Assembly: GCA_033875325.1 (NCBI GenBank)
Contig: JANRKA010000071.1
Coordinates: forward strand, 73,371-137,370
Length of the DNA: 64,000 nucleotides
Reading direction: 5' to 3'
From: Elusimicrobiota bacterium
Lineage (GTDB): Bacteria; Elusimicrobiota; Elusimicrobia; UBA1565; UBA9628
Below, piece after piece: positions 1-8,829 of this stretch. Position numbers and translations under genes: made by a program. Every line of letters begins with the position of its first letter. Position 1 is the first letter of the stretch. Under the pieces are notes generated by a model, which saw only the letters and a program-made list of their open reading frames with translations, did no database searches and was not told the DNA's origin.

Positions 1-520
1 GAAGTGTTACTTGGACGGGAGAAATCCGGAGGCGCGTAGCTTCGCGCTCGGTCTGTGCCGTGACGCCGAGGAGGCGGACGAACTGGTCCAGGAGGCGTGC
101 TACCGGGCCTTGAAGGCGCGCAAGAAGCACGACGCGACGAAGGCGGTCAGGAGCTGGCTGTTCACCATCCTGCGCCATGTGTTCATGGACTCTCGGCGGC
201 GCAAAGAGCGGCGTGACGGACTGTCATTGGACTATTGCTGTGGCATGGACGATTCGACTCCTTTTCACGAGACTCTTCCGGGTGCGGACGAGGACATGCT
301 CGAACGCCTGGAGCGAACGGAGGCGGCGGCTCAGGTGCGCCGTGCCATGGCTCGCCTTCACAGGAAGGAGCGGGAGGTATTGACGCTCTGCGACGCGCGA
401 GGCATGGCCTACACGGAGGCGGCCGAGACGCTCGGGGTGCCGCTCAATACGGTGCGTTCGCGGCTTCACCGGGCGCGCGTCAAGCTGAGAAAGACGGCGG
501 GGCGAGTCGGTTTAGTCTAA
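1..520 (+). CDS. ECF-type (sigma-70 family) RNA polymerase sigma factor, 5' end probably cut by the window edge
   Basis: Track ORF 11..520; the frame stays open back to base 2. Region-2-like EADELVQEACYRAL...WLFTILRHVFMDSRRR and region-4 HTH REVLTLCDARGMAYTEAAETLGVPLNTVRSRLHRARVKLRK. Confidence 0.85.
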   Translation, partial: KCYLDGRNPEARSFALGLCRDAEEADELVQEACYRALKARKKHDATKAVRSWLFTILRHVFMDSRRRKERRDGLSLDYCCGMDDSTPFHETLPGADEDMLERLERTEAAAQVRRAMARLHRKEREVLTLCDARGMAYTEAAETLGVPLNTVRSRLHRARVKLRKTAGRVGLV

Positions 521-600
521 GTCGGTGCCGTCCGTCGAAAGGCGGGCGGCCGCTCCGGCGGGTCGGTCCGCGGGCGCTCCACCCCTGCGGGGTCCATGCG

Positions 601-1005
601 TCAGGACGTCAGGTCCGGATAATGCTTGAAGCCGTCCTGGCGCAGCCGGAGGTAGAGGGGGAAGGCGTAGTCGTGGATCTCGAGAGTACGCGCATTCTGT
701 AGCCTGCGCATCTTCCGTGCGTCGAGGCCGAGTTCCGCGATGGCTGCGTCGATCTGCGCGAAGAACTGGAGGGCCGTCATGCGGCGCAGTTTGGCGCTGG
801 CGCGCACGTCCAGGTACTTTTCGTTCAACTCGACTCGGCTGTAAATCCTGCGGTATAGCCCGCCCGGGAGGCGGCAGTGGAAGTTGTTCAGGAAAGGGCA
901 TAGCCGCTGGCCTTTCGTGCGCCTCGCGTGCGCCGCCATCTCGCGCTCGACCTTGCGCCGAATCCCGTCCTCCTCGCTTCTCATCGTCGGGAAGTCGTGG
1001 CACAA
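601..1005 (-). CDS. hypothetical protein (no family recognised)
   Basis: Track ORF of 134 aa with coding-like composition, divergent from the promoter region at 1006-1067. The true start may be the internal MRSEED Met. Confidence 0.4.
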   Translation of the reverse strand: MCHDFPTMRSEEDGIRRKVEREMAAHARRTKGQRLCPFLNNFHCRLPGGLYRRIYSRVELNEKYLDVRASAKLRRMTALQFFAQIDAAIAELGLDARKMRRLQNARTLEIHDYAFPLYLRLRQDGFKHYPDLTS

Positions 1006-1024
1006 GTGCCCATATGACAGGGAT

Positions 1025-1053
1025 TTGACAAATATTCGCGCGCGTGTTACAGT
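1025..1053 (+). promoter_or_regulatory. sigma-70-type promoter, TTGACA - 17 nt - TACAGT
   Basis: TTGACA at 1025-1030 and TACAGT at 1048-1053, read directly. The regulator ATG at 1068 lies only about 15 nt after the -10 element. Confidence 0.5.
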
Positions 1054-1067
1054 CCATTCAACCCCTC

Positions 1068-2255
1068 ATGGCTACGATTCTTGTCATCGACGACGAAGGC
1101 GGATACGGCGCGTTCCTCGAGCGCTATCTTTCCGTCCTCGGCTTCAGCGCCTTCGTCGTGAAGAAAGGCGACCAGGGGCTGGAGTTCTCGAAGACTGTCC
1201 GTCCTGACCTCATCTTGTTGGACTGGTGCCTCAAGGAAGGCTTCACCGCGGAGGAGACTCTGCGTCTCTTCCGAAGCCAGCCCGCGACGCAGGACGTCCC
1301 GGTGGTAGTCATCTCGGGCAACAAGGAAGAGCCCGAGGACGAAGCGCGGGCGCGCCAGGCTGGCGCGTGCCAGTTCATCTCGAAGAACGAGATTTCCGAC
1401 TCGGTCAAGGACCAGACCGTGTTCAAGCGGAGACTGGACGCCCTCATCCTCGGCCGCGTCGCCTCTCCGCCGCGGAATCGGCGCTCGATCAAGAAGGTCG
1501 CGCTTCCGCGTCCTGTCGGTCGAGTCCTACTCGTCGATGACGATCCCGAGATTCGGAACATGATAGCGCTCTTCCTTCGCGACAAGGGTTACAGCGTGCT
1601 GCAGGCTGATACGGCCTCACTCGGCCTGTCCAGGGCGCAAGCCGAGGCGCCGGATCTCATCGTCCTCGACCTCGGTCTGCCGGACATGGACGGGTTGGAG
1701 GTCTGCTCGCGGCTCAAGACGAGCTCGAAGACGCGGCCGATTCCCGTCCTCATCCTCACGGCCCGCGTCTCGCGGCAGTCTCAGCTGCTCGCCGTCGAGT
1801 ACATGGCCGACCATTTCCTCCCGAAGCCGCTGCCCGACCTGGAGGAGTTCCACGGCTGGGTGACCGCGCTGATGCGGCGCCGTTCGCACGCCGCGGACGA
1901 CCGGGAGCTCCTGCGCGTCGGCGACCGGCTCGTGGTGGACGTCGCGGCCCATACGGTGACGGCCGATGAACGGCAGATCGACGATCTCCCCGCGATCTTG
2001 TTCCAACTGCTGTGCGAGCTCGCTCGCCGCCCCGGCGAGGTTCTCAGCCGGGACTATCTGTTGATGAAGATCTGGCACAACTCCGTGCGTCCCCACCAGG
2101 TCGTCACGGCCGTCAATCGGCTCAAGAAGCGGATAGGCTCGCCGCTCGTGGACTGGCTGCAGGCCGTCCCCGGCGACGGCTACCGGCTCATACCGACGGG
2201 AGTCCCTCTCCGGCCCGTCCGTGTCGAGCCCCCGACTCCTTCCGAGAACGGCTAA
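1068..2255 (+). CDS. OmpR/PhoB-family response regulator with two tandem receiver domains and a winged-helix output domain
   Basis: In the frame of track ORF 1044..2255, starting at the ATG MATILVIDDEG. Second receiver VLLVDDDPEIRNMIALFL...DLIVLDLGLPDMDGLEV...PVLILTAR. C-terminal trans_reg_C-like ...LFQLLCELARRPGEVLSRDYLLMKIW...VNRLKKRIG...GYRLI. Confidence 0.85.
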   Translation: MATILVIDDEGGYGAFLERYLSVLGFSAFVVKKGDQGLEFSKTVRPDLILLDWCLKEGFTAEETLRLFRSQPATQDVPVVVISGNKEEPEDEARARQAGACQFISKNEISDSVKDQTVFKRRLDALILGRVASPPRNRRSIKKVALPRPVGRVLLVDDDPEIRNMIALFLRDKGYSVLQADTASLGLSRAQAEAPDLIVLDLGLPDMDGLEVCSRLKTSSKTRPIPVLILTARVSRQSQLLAVEYMADHFLPKPLPDLEEFHGWVTALMRRRSHAADDRELLRVGDRLVVDVAAHTVTADERQIDDLPAILFQLLCELARRPGEVLSRDYLLMKIWHNSVRPHQVVTAVNRLKKRIGSPLVDWLQAVPGDGYRLIPTGVPLRPVRVEPPTPSENG

Positions 2256-2494
2256 GGCCCCCTTCCGGGGTGGTCTCACGGCGGTCTCACTGATCAGCGA
2301 TTAGCCTTAATTTATCGTCATAAATATGGCGCCCCCTTGACAGGATATGGAACTCGGCGCAAGGCTAATCCGTCGGTAATAATAAGGAGCTTAGCCTGCC
2401 CTCCGCCGAGAGCCGAAGTCAGCCGCGTCCCGCGCGGGTCCGATTCGATCGGACCGCGGCTCGTTTTGTTCGGTGGGCGCTCTTCGTTCTCTTC

Positions 2495-5400
2495 ATGGCG
2501 GCGATTCCTGGACCCGCTTTGGCCGCGAGCCTCGTCTGGAACGGGGCGACGAGCAGCGATTGGTTCACCGCGTCCAATTGGACGCCCGCGCAGGTTCCCA
2601 CCGCCGCCGACGACGCGCTGATCGACGCGACGGCGACCGTGCTCATCGCGGGCGCCGTGCCCGCGACGTTTAACTCGCTCCAGCTCGGCAGCGCCGCGGG
2701 TGCGACGGCGCCGCTGCTGCGCGTGGCGGGGAGCATCTCATCCTCCGGTCAGATGACCATCGAGCGCGGCGCCACGCTCCGCCAGGAGACCACCGTCCTT
2801 TCGACGGTCGGGGGACTCGTCGTTGCCCCCGGCGGTTTGCTCACGCACGCGTCCAACTCATCGGCGCGTTCGTTCGTCGTGAATCTGAGCGTGACGGGGG
2901 ACTTCGATCTGCAGTCCGGGGCGACGGTCTCGGTCGTAGGGATGGGCTACGCGGGCGGCACGGCCACCAACGGCAGCGGCCCCGGCGCGGGCCGTGGCGC
3001 CACGGGCTTCTGCGAATCCACCGGCGGCGGCGCGGGCCATGGCGGAGCGGGCGGCAACGCGACGACCCGCAACCAGAGCCCCGGCGGACCCGGCTACGGC
3101 TCGACGCTCGACCCGACCGACCTGGGCAGCGGGGGCGGCGCGGCGGGCGACCCGGGCTGTGGTCCTCATCCCGACGGCGGAAACGGAGGCGGCGCGGTCC
3201 TCCTTACTATCGGAAACACCGCGACCTTGAACGGCTTGATCACGGCCGATGGCGACAACGGCGGAGCGGGGGCTGGTGGCGGCTCGGGCGGCAGCATCAA
3301 TATAAAGGCCGGGACGCTGGCGGGAAACGGGAGCGTGCGGGCCAACGGCGGCAGCAGCGGCAATACGAGCGGAGGCGGCGCGGGCGGCGGACGCATCGCG
3401 CTGACGGCGAGCGTGGCGAGCAGCTACACTGGGACCGTTTCGGCCGTCGCGGGCACGGGCGGTACCAACGGCGCGCCGGGCGTCACGGCGATCAAGGTCG
3501 CGCCGGCGACGGACTACGACCTCATCGTGGACGGACGCGGCGTCATCCCTTCAACGCAGACCGTCATCCCTTCCGGCCTCTCCGGAGTGGCCAATCTCTC
3601 CGTATCGACCGTCAACCTCGTGGGCGGGACGCTGTCCTTGTCCAACGACTTCATCCTCGGCACGCGCGCCAACGCCGTGATTGGCCCGCTCTCGGTCGCT
3701 CGCGACCTGGTTGTCCCCGGTACCGCGTTCTCGGGCGTCTTAAACGGCGTCGTGGACGTGCAGCGCGACGTCGTCGTCACGAGCCTCGGCGCGGGCGTGC
3801 TCATCGGCACCTTCACCGTCCATCGCGACGTCGTGGTCCAGAACGGGGCGACTCTCTCGGCCAGCTCGATGAGCATAACGAACGACTTGATCGTGCGCAA
3901 CGGCGCTAAGCTGACGCATCCGGCCAACGCGGCGTCGCGGCAGTACCGCCTCATGTTGACCGTCGGGCACGACTTCGACCTTCAAAGCGGCGGCGTGGTG
4001 GATCTGATGGGCGTCGGTTACGCGGGCGGCACCAGCCGCAACGGCAGCGGTCCCGGCTTTGGTTCTGGCGCGACGGGTTTCTGCGACTCGACCGGCGGTG
4101 GGGCGGGTCACGGCGGCGTGGGCGGCAACGCGGGCACGCGCAACAACAGCGCTGGCGGCATTGCTTACGATTCGCCTGCGAACCCCATCGACTTGGGCAG
4201 CGGCGGCGGCGCGGCGGGCGACCCGGGCTGCGGCGGCGGCCCCGCCGGCGGGTCGGGCGGCGGCGCGCTCGTCATGACCGTGGCCAACCTCGCGACGCTC
4301 AACGGCCTCATCAACGCCGACGGCGTCAGCCCCGGCCCCGGCGCGGGCGGAGGCTCCGGCGGGACGATCAACATCAAGGCCGACAAGTTCGCCGGCACGA
4401 TGAGCGTGCGTGCCAACGGCGGCACCGGAATCTCCCACGGCGGAGGTGGCGGCGGCGGGCGCATCGCCTTGACCGGCTGCGACGCGAACCTCGCGGTCGC
4501 GAGCGTGACCGGCGGCCCGGCCGCGAGCGGCAACGGCGGTTCCGGGGCCGCGGGCTCGAGCAGCATCGTCGTGCCTGGCGCGTGTCCGAGCCCGCCCGCC
4601 ACCCCGACCTCCATTGCGTTCACGGCGGTCAGCGGCGCGTCGCTCTCCGCCTCCTGGAGTTCCGCCACGCTCGCGACCGCCTACCTCCTGCAAGTCTCGA
4701 CCGCCGCTGACTTTTCGGGTCCCATTACCTCTTCGAGCACGGCGGGCACATCCGCCAGCGTGACCGGCCTCCAGACCAGCACGACCTATTTCGCGCGCGT
4801 CCAGGCGACGAACCAATTCGGCGCTTCGCCCTTCTCGAGCGTGATCTCGACCATGACGCCTGCCGTCATCGACGATGAGGTAAACCTCAACGTTCCTGCC
4901 GGGCATACTTACGTCATGGCCGGGACTCACTCTTATACGGGTGGCATCGCGGTTCACGGAACCATCCAGGTCGCCGCGTTCGCGCAGGGAGCTCCCGGTT
5001 TCTTATTCCTCTCCGCCCCGAGCGCTCGGATCTTCTCTGGAGGCCGCATTCTCGCGGACGCCGCCGGCTATGCTCCTGCCACGGGCCCAGGCGCGGGCGA
5101 GACCGTCCCAGAGCAGTCCGGCGGTGGAAACGGGAGCGGAGCGGCCTACGGCGGCAACGGCGGCGTCGGCATCCGTGGCGGCAACATCGGACCGGACGGC
5201 AATATCGTTTTCGGCGGAAACGCTTACGGTTCGATCGCTCAGCCGTCCGACCTCGGGAGCGGCGGCGGTGGAATCACCAGCGGTGCTAACGTGGTGGTGC
5301 AAGGCGGGCGCGGCGGCGGCAAGCTACGCATCGATGTCGGAGTGTTGCGCGTGGATGGCCGCATATCGGCGGACGGAGAGTCCGGGCAGGAGAACGGTTT

Positions 5401-7915
5401 CTGGAACGACAGAGCCGGCGGCGGCTCGGGCGGCTCGGTGTGGATCACGGCCCAGCAGTTGGAAGGCGCGGGCATCATCAGTGCTAATGGCGGGGCCGCC
5501 TCGCCGCGCGGGTTCAAGAACGGCGGCGGGGGGAGCGGCGGACGGATCGCGATAGGCTATGACGCATCGACTTACAGCGGGACCATCGCCGCGCGCGGAG
5601 GCTTGGGGCGGCAGTTCGGCGGGGCCGGGACGGTCGTTTATGGCTCAGAGTTGCGCATTGATAACGGTATTACGGGCGCCACCACCCCCATTCTCTCAGG
5701 CAGCTACGCTTTCGAGCGCGTGGCTGTCGGTTCCCACGCCATCGTCGAAGTCGCGGCCGGCGCCTCTGTGGGCGTCTCGAACCTGTTCGTGCGCGAGAAC
5801 AGCACCTTCACCAATCGCGGCAGTCTGACGGCGACGGGCGTCGTGGTGTCATCGGGCGCCGCGGTCCTGCGTCAAATTGCGGGCACCTTGAGCGCCCCGC
5901 GCCTGGAGGCGGCGACGGGCGGTCTGCTCGCCTATGACGGCGGCGTGCTGAGCGCGCAGGAAGCGGAGGCGGCCACGGGAGGCAGGCTGAGCGTGAACTC
6001 GCCCTTGGAGTTGGCGCGCCTGAGGGTGGCGCCCGGCGGGGTCGTCACGCACGACCCTGGCGACGCCGACTTCGATCTCGCCGTCTCGCAGAGCATGACG
6101 GTGGAGTTCGGCGGCCGGGTCTCGGCCGACGCCGTCGGTCACGCGCCAGCAACCGGCCCAGGCGCCGGCGTTACAGTGACGGAGAACTTCGGCGGCGGGC
6201 GCGGGAGCGGCGGCGGCTACGGCGGGCAGGGCGGCGCCGCCACGCAGCCCGGCGGACAGCCGTACGGTTCGCTGGCGCAGCCTTCGGACCTCGGGAGCGG
6301 CGGCGGCGGGATCACCAGCGGCCACAACGTCGTGGTGGTTCAAGGTGGGCGCGGTGGCGGCAAACTCCGCATCGACGCTCAGCTTCTTCGCGTAGATGGC
6401 CTCATCTCGGCCGATGGGCAGACTGGAGAGGAGAACGGCTTCTGGAACGACCGCGCGGGCGGGGGCTCGGGCGGTTCTATCCTCATCACGGCCCGGCAAC
6501 TGGAGGGCTCCGGGACGATCCGGGCCAACGGTGGGAACTCCTCTCCGCGGAGTAGCTTCAACGGAGGCGGAGGCGGCGGTGGACGCATCGCCCTCTACTA
6601 CACCACCTTGGTCGGCACGCAGACCCTCACGGTCGGAGGGGGAAGAGGGGGCCAGGACGGCTCACCGGGTACCATCCTCGATAACGGCGTGCTCTACGGC
6701 ACGATGTCGGGCTCGAGCGCGACCTTGGCTTTCTCGCAGATGCAGGAGCGCCTGGCTGCTTCGCAGACTTTGGGGGAGACCATCTCGACGCGCCTCCTCG
6801 ACTTCGCGGGAGCTATCTCGACCGGCGTCCCGGCCGGGACTTTCGGCGTGGCGGAACTGCGCGTGGTCCTGGTCAAGACCGGACCCTTCGCCAACAAAGG
6901 TTTCTTCCGCGGGCGCTACACGCTTTCCATCCCGGCCGGGGAGTCGCTCTCCGGCGATTGGGAGGGGATGGCGTTCATCCTTGCGAACGATCCGGGTCGC
7001 TTGTTCTTGAAGGGCGTTCTCAAGGGCCGTATCCAGGGAACTCTGGATGGTGCCCTACTTGAGTCTTCCCCCGGTAGCGGGACCTTCGATCGCCTGGCCG
7101 CGAGCTGCCGCCTCATCCAGGTCGGCAACATCATGGGTGCCAGCACGATGTATGTCTCGGGCTCGGGCGTGGTGAGGGAGAGCGCGGAACATCCCGGTAC
7201 GACCCTCGACTTCTTGCAGGCCACCCAGTCAGGTGAAGTCGGCGGCTACTACTCGACGCCCATCGACATCGCCTTCTCCTTCCTGCGCGTCAATCATGTC
7301 GGCAATCCCTACAACGGGGAAGGCTTCTTTGCCGCGAACTATGACTCGCCCCAAGGCTCGGGCCAGGGCTGGGCCTACGCGGCGGTCTCCGGCGACAGTG
7401 CGCGACTCTCAGGGCCTTTCGAGCAGTCCTTGAGGGGCTTGATGGAGGGGGTGTTGACTCTCGACTCGCCGCGTTCGCTGCTCCTGACCCTGCGTAACCT
7501 GGACGCCGGACTCCCACTTCAAGCTGAAGTCACGGCTTCCTTGGCCACCGCTGGGAACACGCCTATTGGCGGTGTCGCTACCGTTAATATCGAGGTCCGC
7601 AACGACGGCTACGCCGTCGCCGAGGGTGTGACCGTCATTGCCGTTGCGCCGGAGAAGTCGAGCTTCCTGTCCGCCTCTGGTGAACATAGGGTCTATGATG
7701 TGACGCACTGGCGAGAAGGACAACTCGCGCCTAAACCCTTTATTCGTTGGGATTTCGTGACGATTCCTGCGCGCAGTTCATCGAAGATGTCATATCAGGT
7801 CCGTTTGCCGCCGGGTACTCCGAACAGCGTACAGGCGGGCATAGACGTTCGGGCTATCACGACTGCGTGGGCTGATACAGTGTTCGCGAACTATCAACCG
7901 GGAGTGACTCCGTGA
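2495..7915 (+). CDS. giant secreted glycine-rich beta-helix-like repeat protein with FN3-like segment and C-terminal DUF11-like repeat domain
   Basis: 1806 aa. Two copies each of two Gly-rich modules (approx 2843-3410 / 3911-4480 and 5048-5565 / 6120-6600), with motifs GGGSGGSINIKA and GGRIALT. FN3-like segment approx 4595-4855. C-terminal VNIEVRNDGYAVAEGVTVIAVAP. The true start may be CTG 2396 (see findings). Confidence 0.8.
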   Translation: MAAIPGPALAASLVWNGATSSDWFTASNWTPAQVPTAADDALIDATATVLIAGAVPATFNSLQLGSAAGATAPLLRVAGSISSSGQMTIERGATLRQETTVLSTVGGLVVAPGGLLTHASNSSARSFVVNLSVTGDFDLQSGATVSVVGMGYAGGTATNGSGPGAGRGATGFCESTGGGAGHGGAGGNATTRNQSPGGPGYGSTLDPTDLGSGGGAAGDPGCGPHPDGGNGGGAVLLTIGNTATLNGLITADGDNGGAGAGGGSGGSINIKAGTLAGNGSVRANGGSSGNTSGGGAGGGRIALTASVASSYTGTVSAVAGTGGTNGAPGVTAIKVAPATDYDLIVDGRGVIPSTQTVIPSGLSGVANLSVSTVNLVGGTLSLSNDFILGTRANAVIGPLSVARDLVVPGTAFSGVLNGVVDVQRDVVVTSLGAGVLIGTFTVHRDVVVQNGATLSASSMSITNDLIVRNGAKLTHPANAASRQYRLMLTVGHDFDLQSGGVVDLMGVGYAGGTSRNGSGPGFGSGATGFCDSTGGGAGHGGVGGNAGTRNNSAGGIAYDSPANPIDLGSGGGAAGDPGCGGGPAGGSGGGALVMTVANLATLNGLINADGVSPGPGAGGGSGGTINIKADKFAGTMSVRANGGTGISHGGGGGGGRIALTGCDANLAVASVTGGPAASGNGGSGAAGSSSIVVPGACPSPPATPTSIAFTAVSGASLSASWSSATLATAYLLQVSTAADFSGPITSSSTAGTSASVTGLQTSTTYFARVQATNQFGASPFSSVISTMTPAVIDDEVNLNVPAGHTYVMAGTHSYTGGIAVHGTIQVAAFAQGAPGFLFLSAPSARIFSGGRILADAAGYAPATGPGAGETVPEQSGGGNGSGAAYGGNGGVGIRGGNIGPDGNIVFGGNAYGSIAQPSDLGSGGGGITSGANVVVQGGRGGGKLRIDVGVLRVDGRISADGESGQENGFWNDRAGGGSGGSVWITAQQLEGAGIISANGGAASPRGFKNGGGGSGGRIAIGYDASTYSGTIAARGGLGRQFGGAGTVVYGSELRIDNGITGATTPILSGSYAFERVAVGSHAIVEVAAGASVGVSNLFVRENSTFTNRGSLTATGVVVSSGAAVLRQIAGTLSAPRLEAATGGLLAYDGGVLSAQEAEAATGGRLSVNSPLELARLRVAPGGVVTHDPGDADFDLAVSQSMTVEFGGRVSADAVGHAPATGPGAGVTVTENFGGGRGSGGGYGGQGGAATQPGGQPYGSLAQPSDLGSGGGGITSGHNVVVVQGGRGGGKLRIDAQLLRVDGLISADGQTGEENGFWNDRAGGGSGGSILITARQLEGSGTIRANGGNSSPRSSFNGGGGGGGRIALYYTTLVGTQTLTVGGGRGGQDGSPGTILDNGVLYGTMSGSSATLAFSQMQERLAASQTLGETISTRLLDFAGAISTGVPAGTFGVAELRVVLVKTGPFANKGFFRGRYTLSIPAGESLSGDWEGMAFILANDPGRLFLKGVLKGRIQGTLDGALLESSPGSGTFDRLAASCRLIQVGNIMGASTMYVSGSGVVRESAEHPGTTLDFLQATQSGEVGGYYSTPIDIAFSFLRVNHVGNPYNGEGFFAANYDSPQGSGQGWAYAAVSGDSARLSGPFEQSLRGLMEGVLTLDSPRSLLLTLRNLDAGLPLQAEVTASLATAGNTPIGGVATVNIEVRNDGYAVAEGVTVIAVAPEKSSFLSASGEHRVYDVTHWREGQLAPKPFIRWDFVTIPARSSSKMSYQVRLPPGTPNSVQAGIDVRAITTAWADTVFANYQPGVTP

Positions 7916-8829
7916 GAAATGTGACGAAGGTATTCCAAGCCATTTCGATGGCAAGTCTTTTTTTTGGCGTCGGCCATGCCGCCGAGCCCTCTGCAACAGA
8001 GGTGCTTGCTAGGCTTGATGCCGCTAAAACCGCACCGCAACTCGTAGCCGCGATTGATGCCGTCAAAAAGCTCGGACCCGGGGCCATGCCGACTTTGGAG
8101 GCCTATGCTTTTGATGCATCGAAGGAACCTCGAGTCCGAATGGTGGTTCTGCGAAAAGTTATTGCCGCAAGATCCGGCAATCATGCCTCCAACACCCTGC
8201 AAGACCTAATTGGAAGCAGCTCTGATGAAAATTTTAGAGCGTTGTGCGCGGAGGAGTTGGGTCGCAAGCCATCTCCCGGGGGCCGGGCTTTGTTGAAGAA
8301 GCTGCTTTTCGATTCCAAAGAGTCGGCTCATGTGCAGCTAGCCGCCGCCATGGGGTTGGCCGAGATGGGAGATGATGCGGGTAAGGATCGCGCCAAGAAT
8401 GCCGTGCTCCAGAATGAGCCGTGGGCCAATCTGGCGGTGCGCGTTCTCGAAAAACTCAAAGCCAAGGATGTCATAGCACAGATTGATCAGCAGGCTCGCA
8501 ATGCTCCAGATGCACATGACCGTGGCAGCGCTCGAATTGCATCGCTGAAGCTTCAGTTGGTCGATAAGTCACCGGTCGATCGGCTCGGCATCCTCGAAGA
8601 AGCTCTTCGTGATAAAGAGTCGCGCGAAGTCCGCAAGTGGGCTGCGATGCGGCTTGCAGACATAGGGTCGCTGGAGGCAGGGGAGCGGCTGGCATCCGTC
8701 GTTAACAGCGGGGATTCGGCGTTGGCGGATACCGCGATGCGTGGACTTCGAATGGGTATAGAACGCAAAGCCTGGACCAAGGAGAAGGTCAAGGCTTGGG
8801 TAGGCGCGGGTGGGCAACACAATCACTGA
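7912..8829 (+). CDS. secreted HEAT/armadillo-like repeat protein
   Basis: GTGA start/stop overlap with the upstream gene. Signal-like MRNVTKVFQAISMASLFFGVGHA. Repeated helical units such as LCAEELGRKPSPGGRALLKKLLFDSKESAHVQLAAAMGLAEMGD and VRKWAAMRLADIGSLEAGERL. Confidence 0.6.
   Translation: MRNVTKVFQAISMASLFFGVGHAAEPSATEVLARLDAAKTAPQLVAAIDAVKKLGPGAMPTLEAYAFDASKEPRVRMVVLRKVIAARSGNHASNTLQDLIGSSSDENFRALCAEELGRKPSPGGRALLKKLLFDSKESAHVQLAAAMGLAEMGDDAGKDRAKNAVLQNEPWANLAVRVLEKLKAKDVIAQIDQQARNAPDAHDRGSARIASLKLQLVDKSPVDRLGILEEALRDKESREVRKWAAMRLADIGSLEAGERLASVVNSGDSALADTAMRGLRMGIERKAWTKEKVKAWVGAGGQHNH

Noticed and set aside
2843-6600. Glycine-codon-rich DNA repeats that might be mistaken for a CRISPR or tandem-repeat array
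   Set aside because: The repeats are hundreds of nt long, in frame and imperfect, and lie within one ORF. There is no short repeat-spacer periodicity and there are no cas genes.
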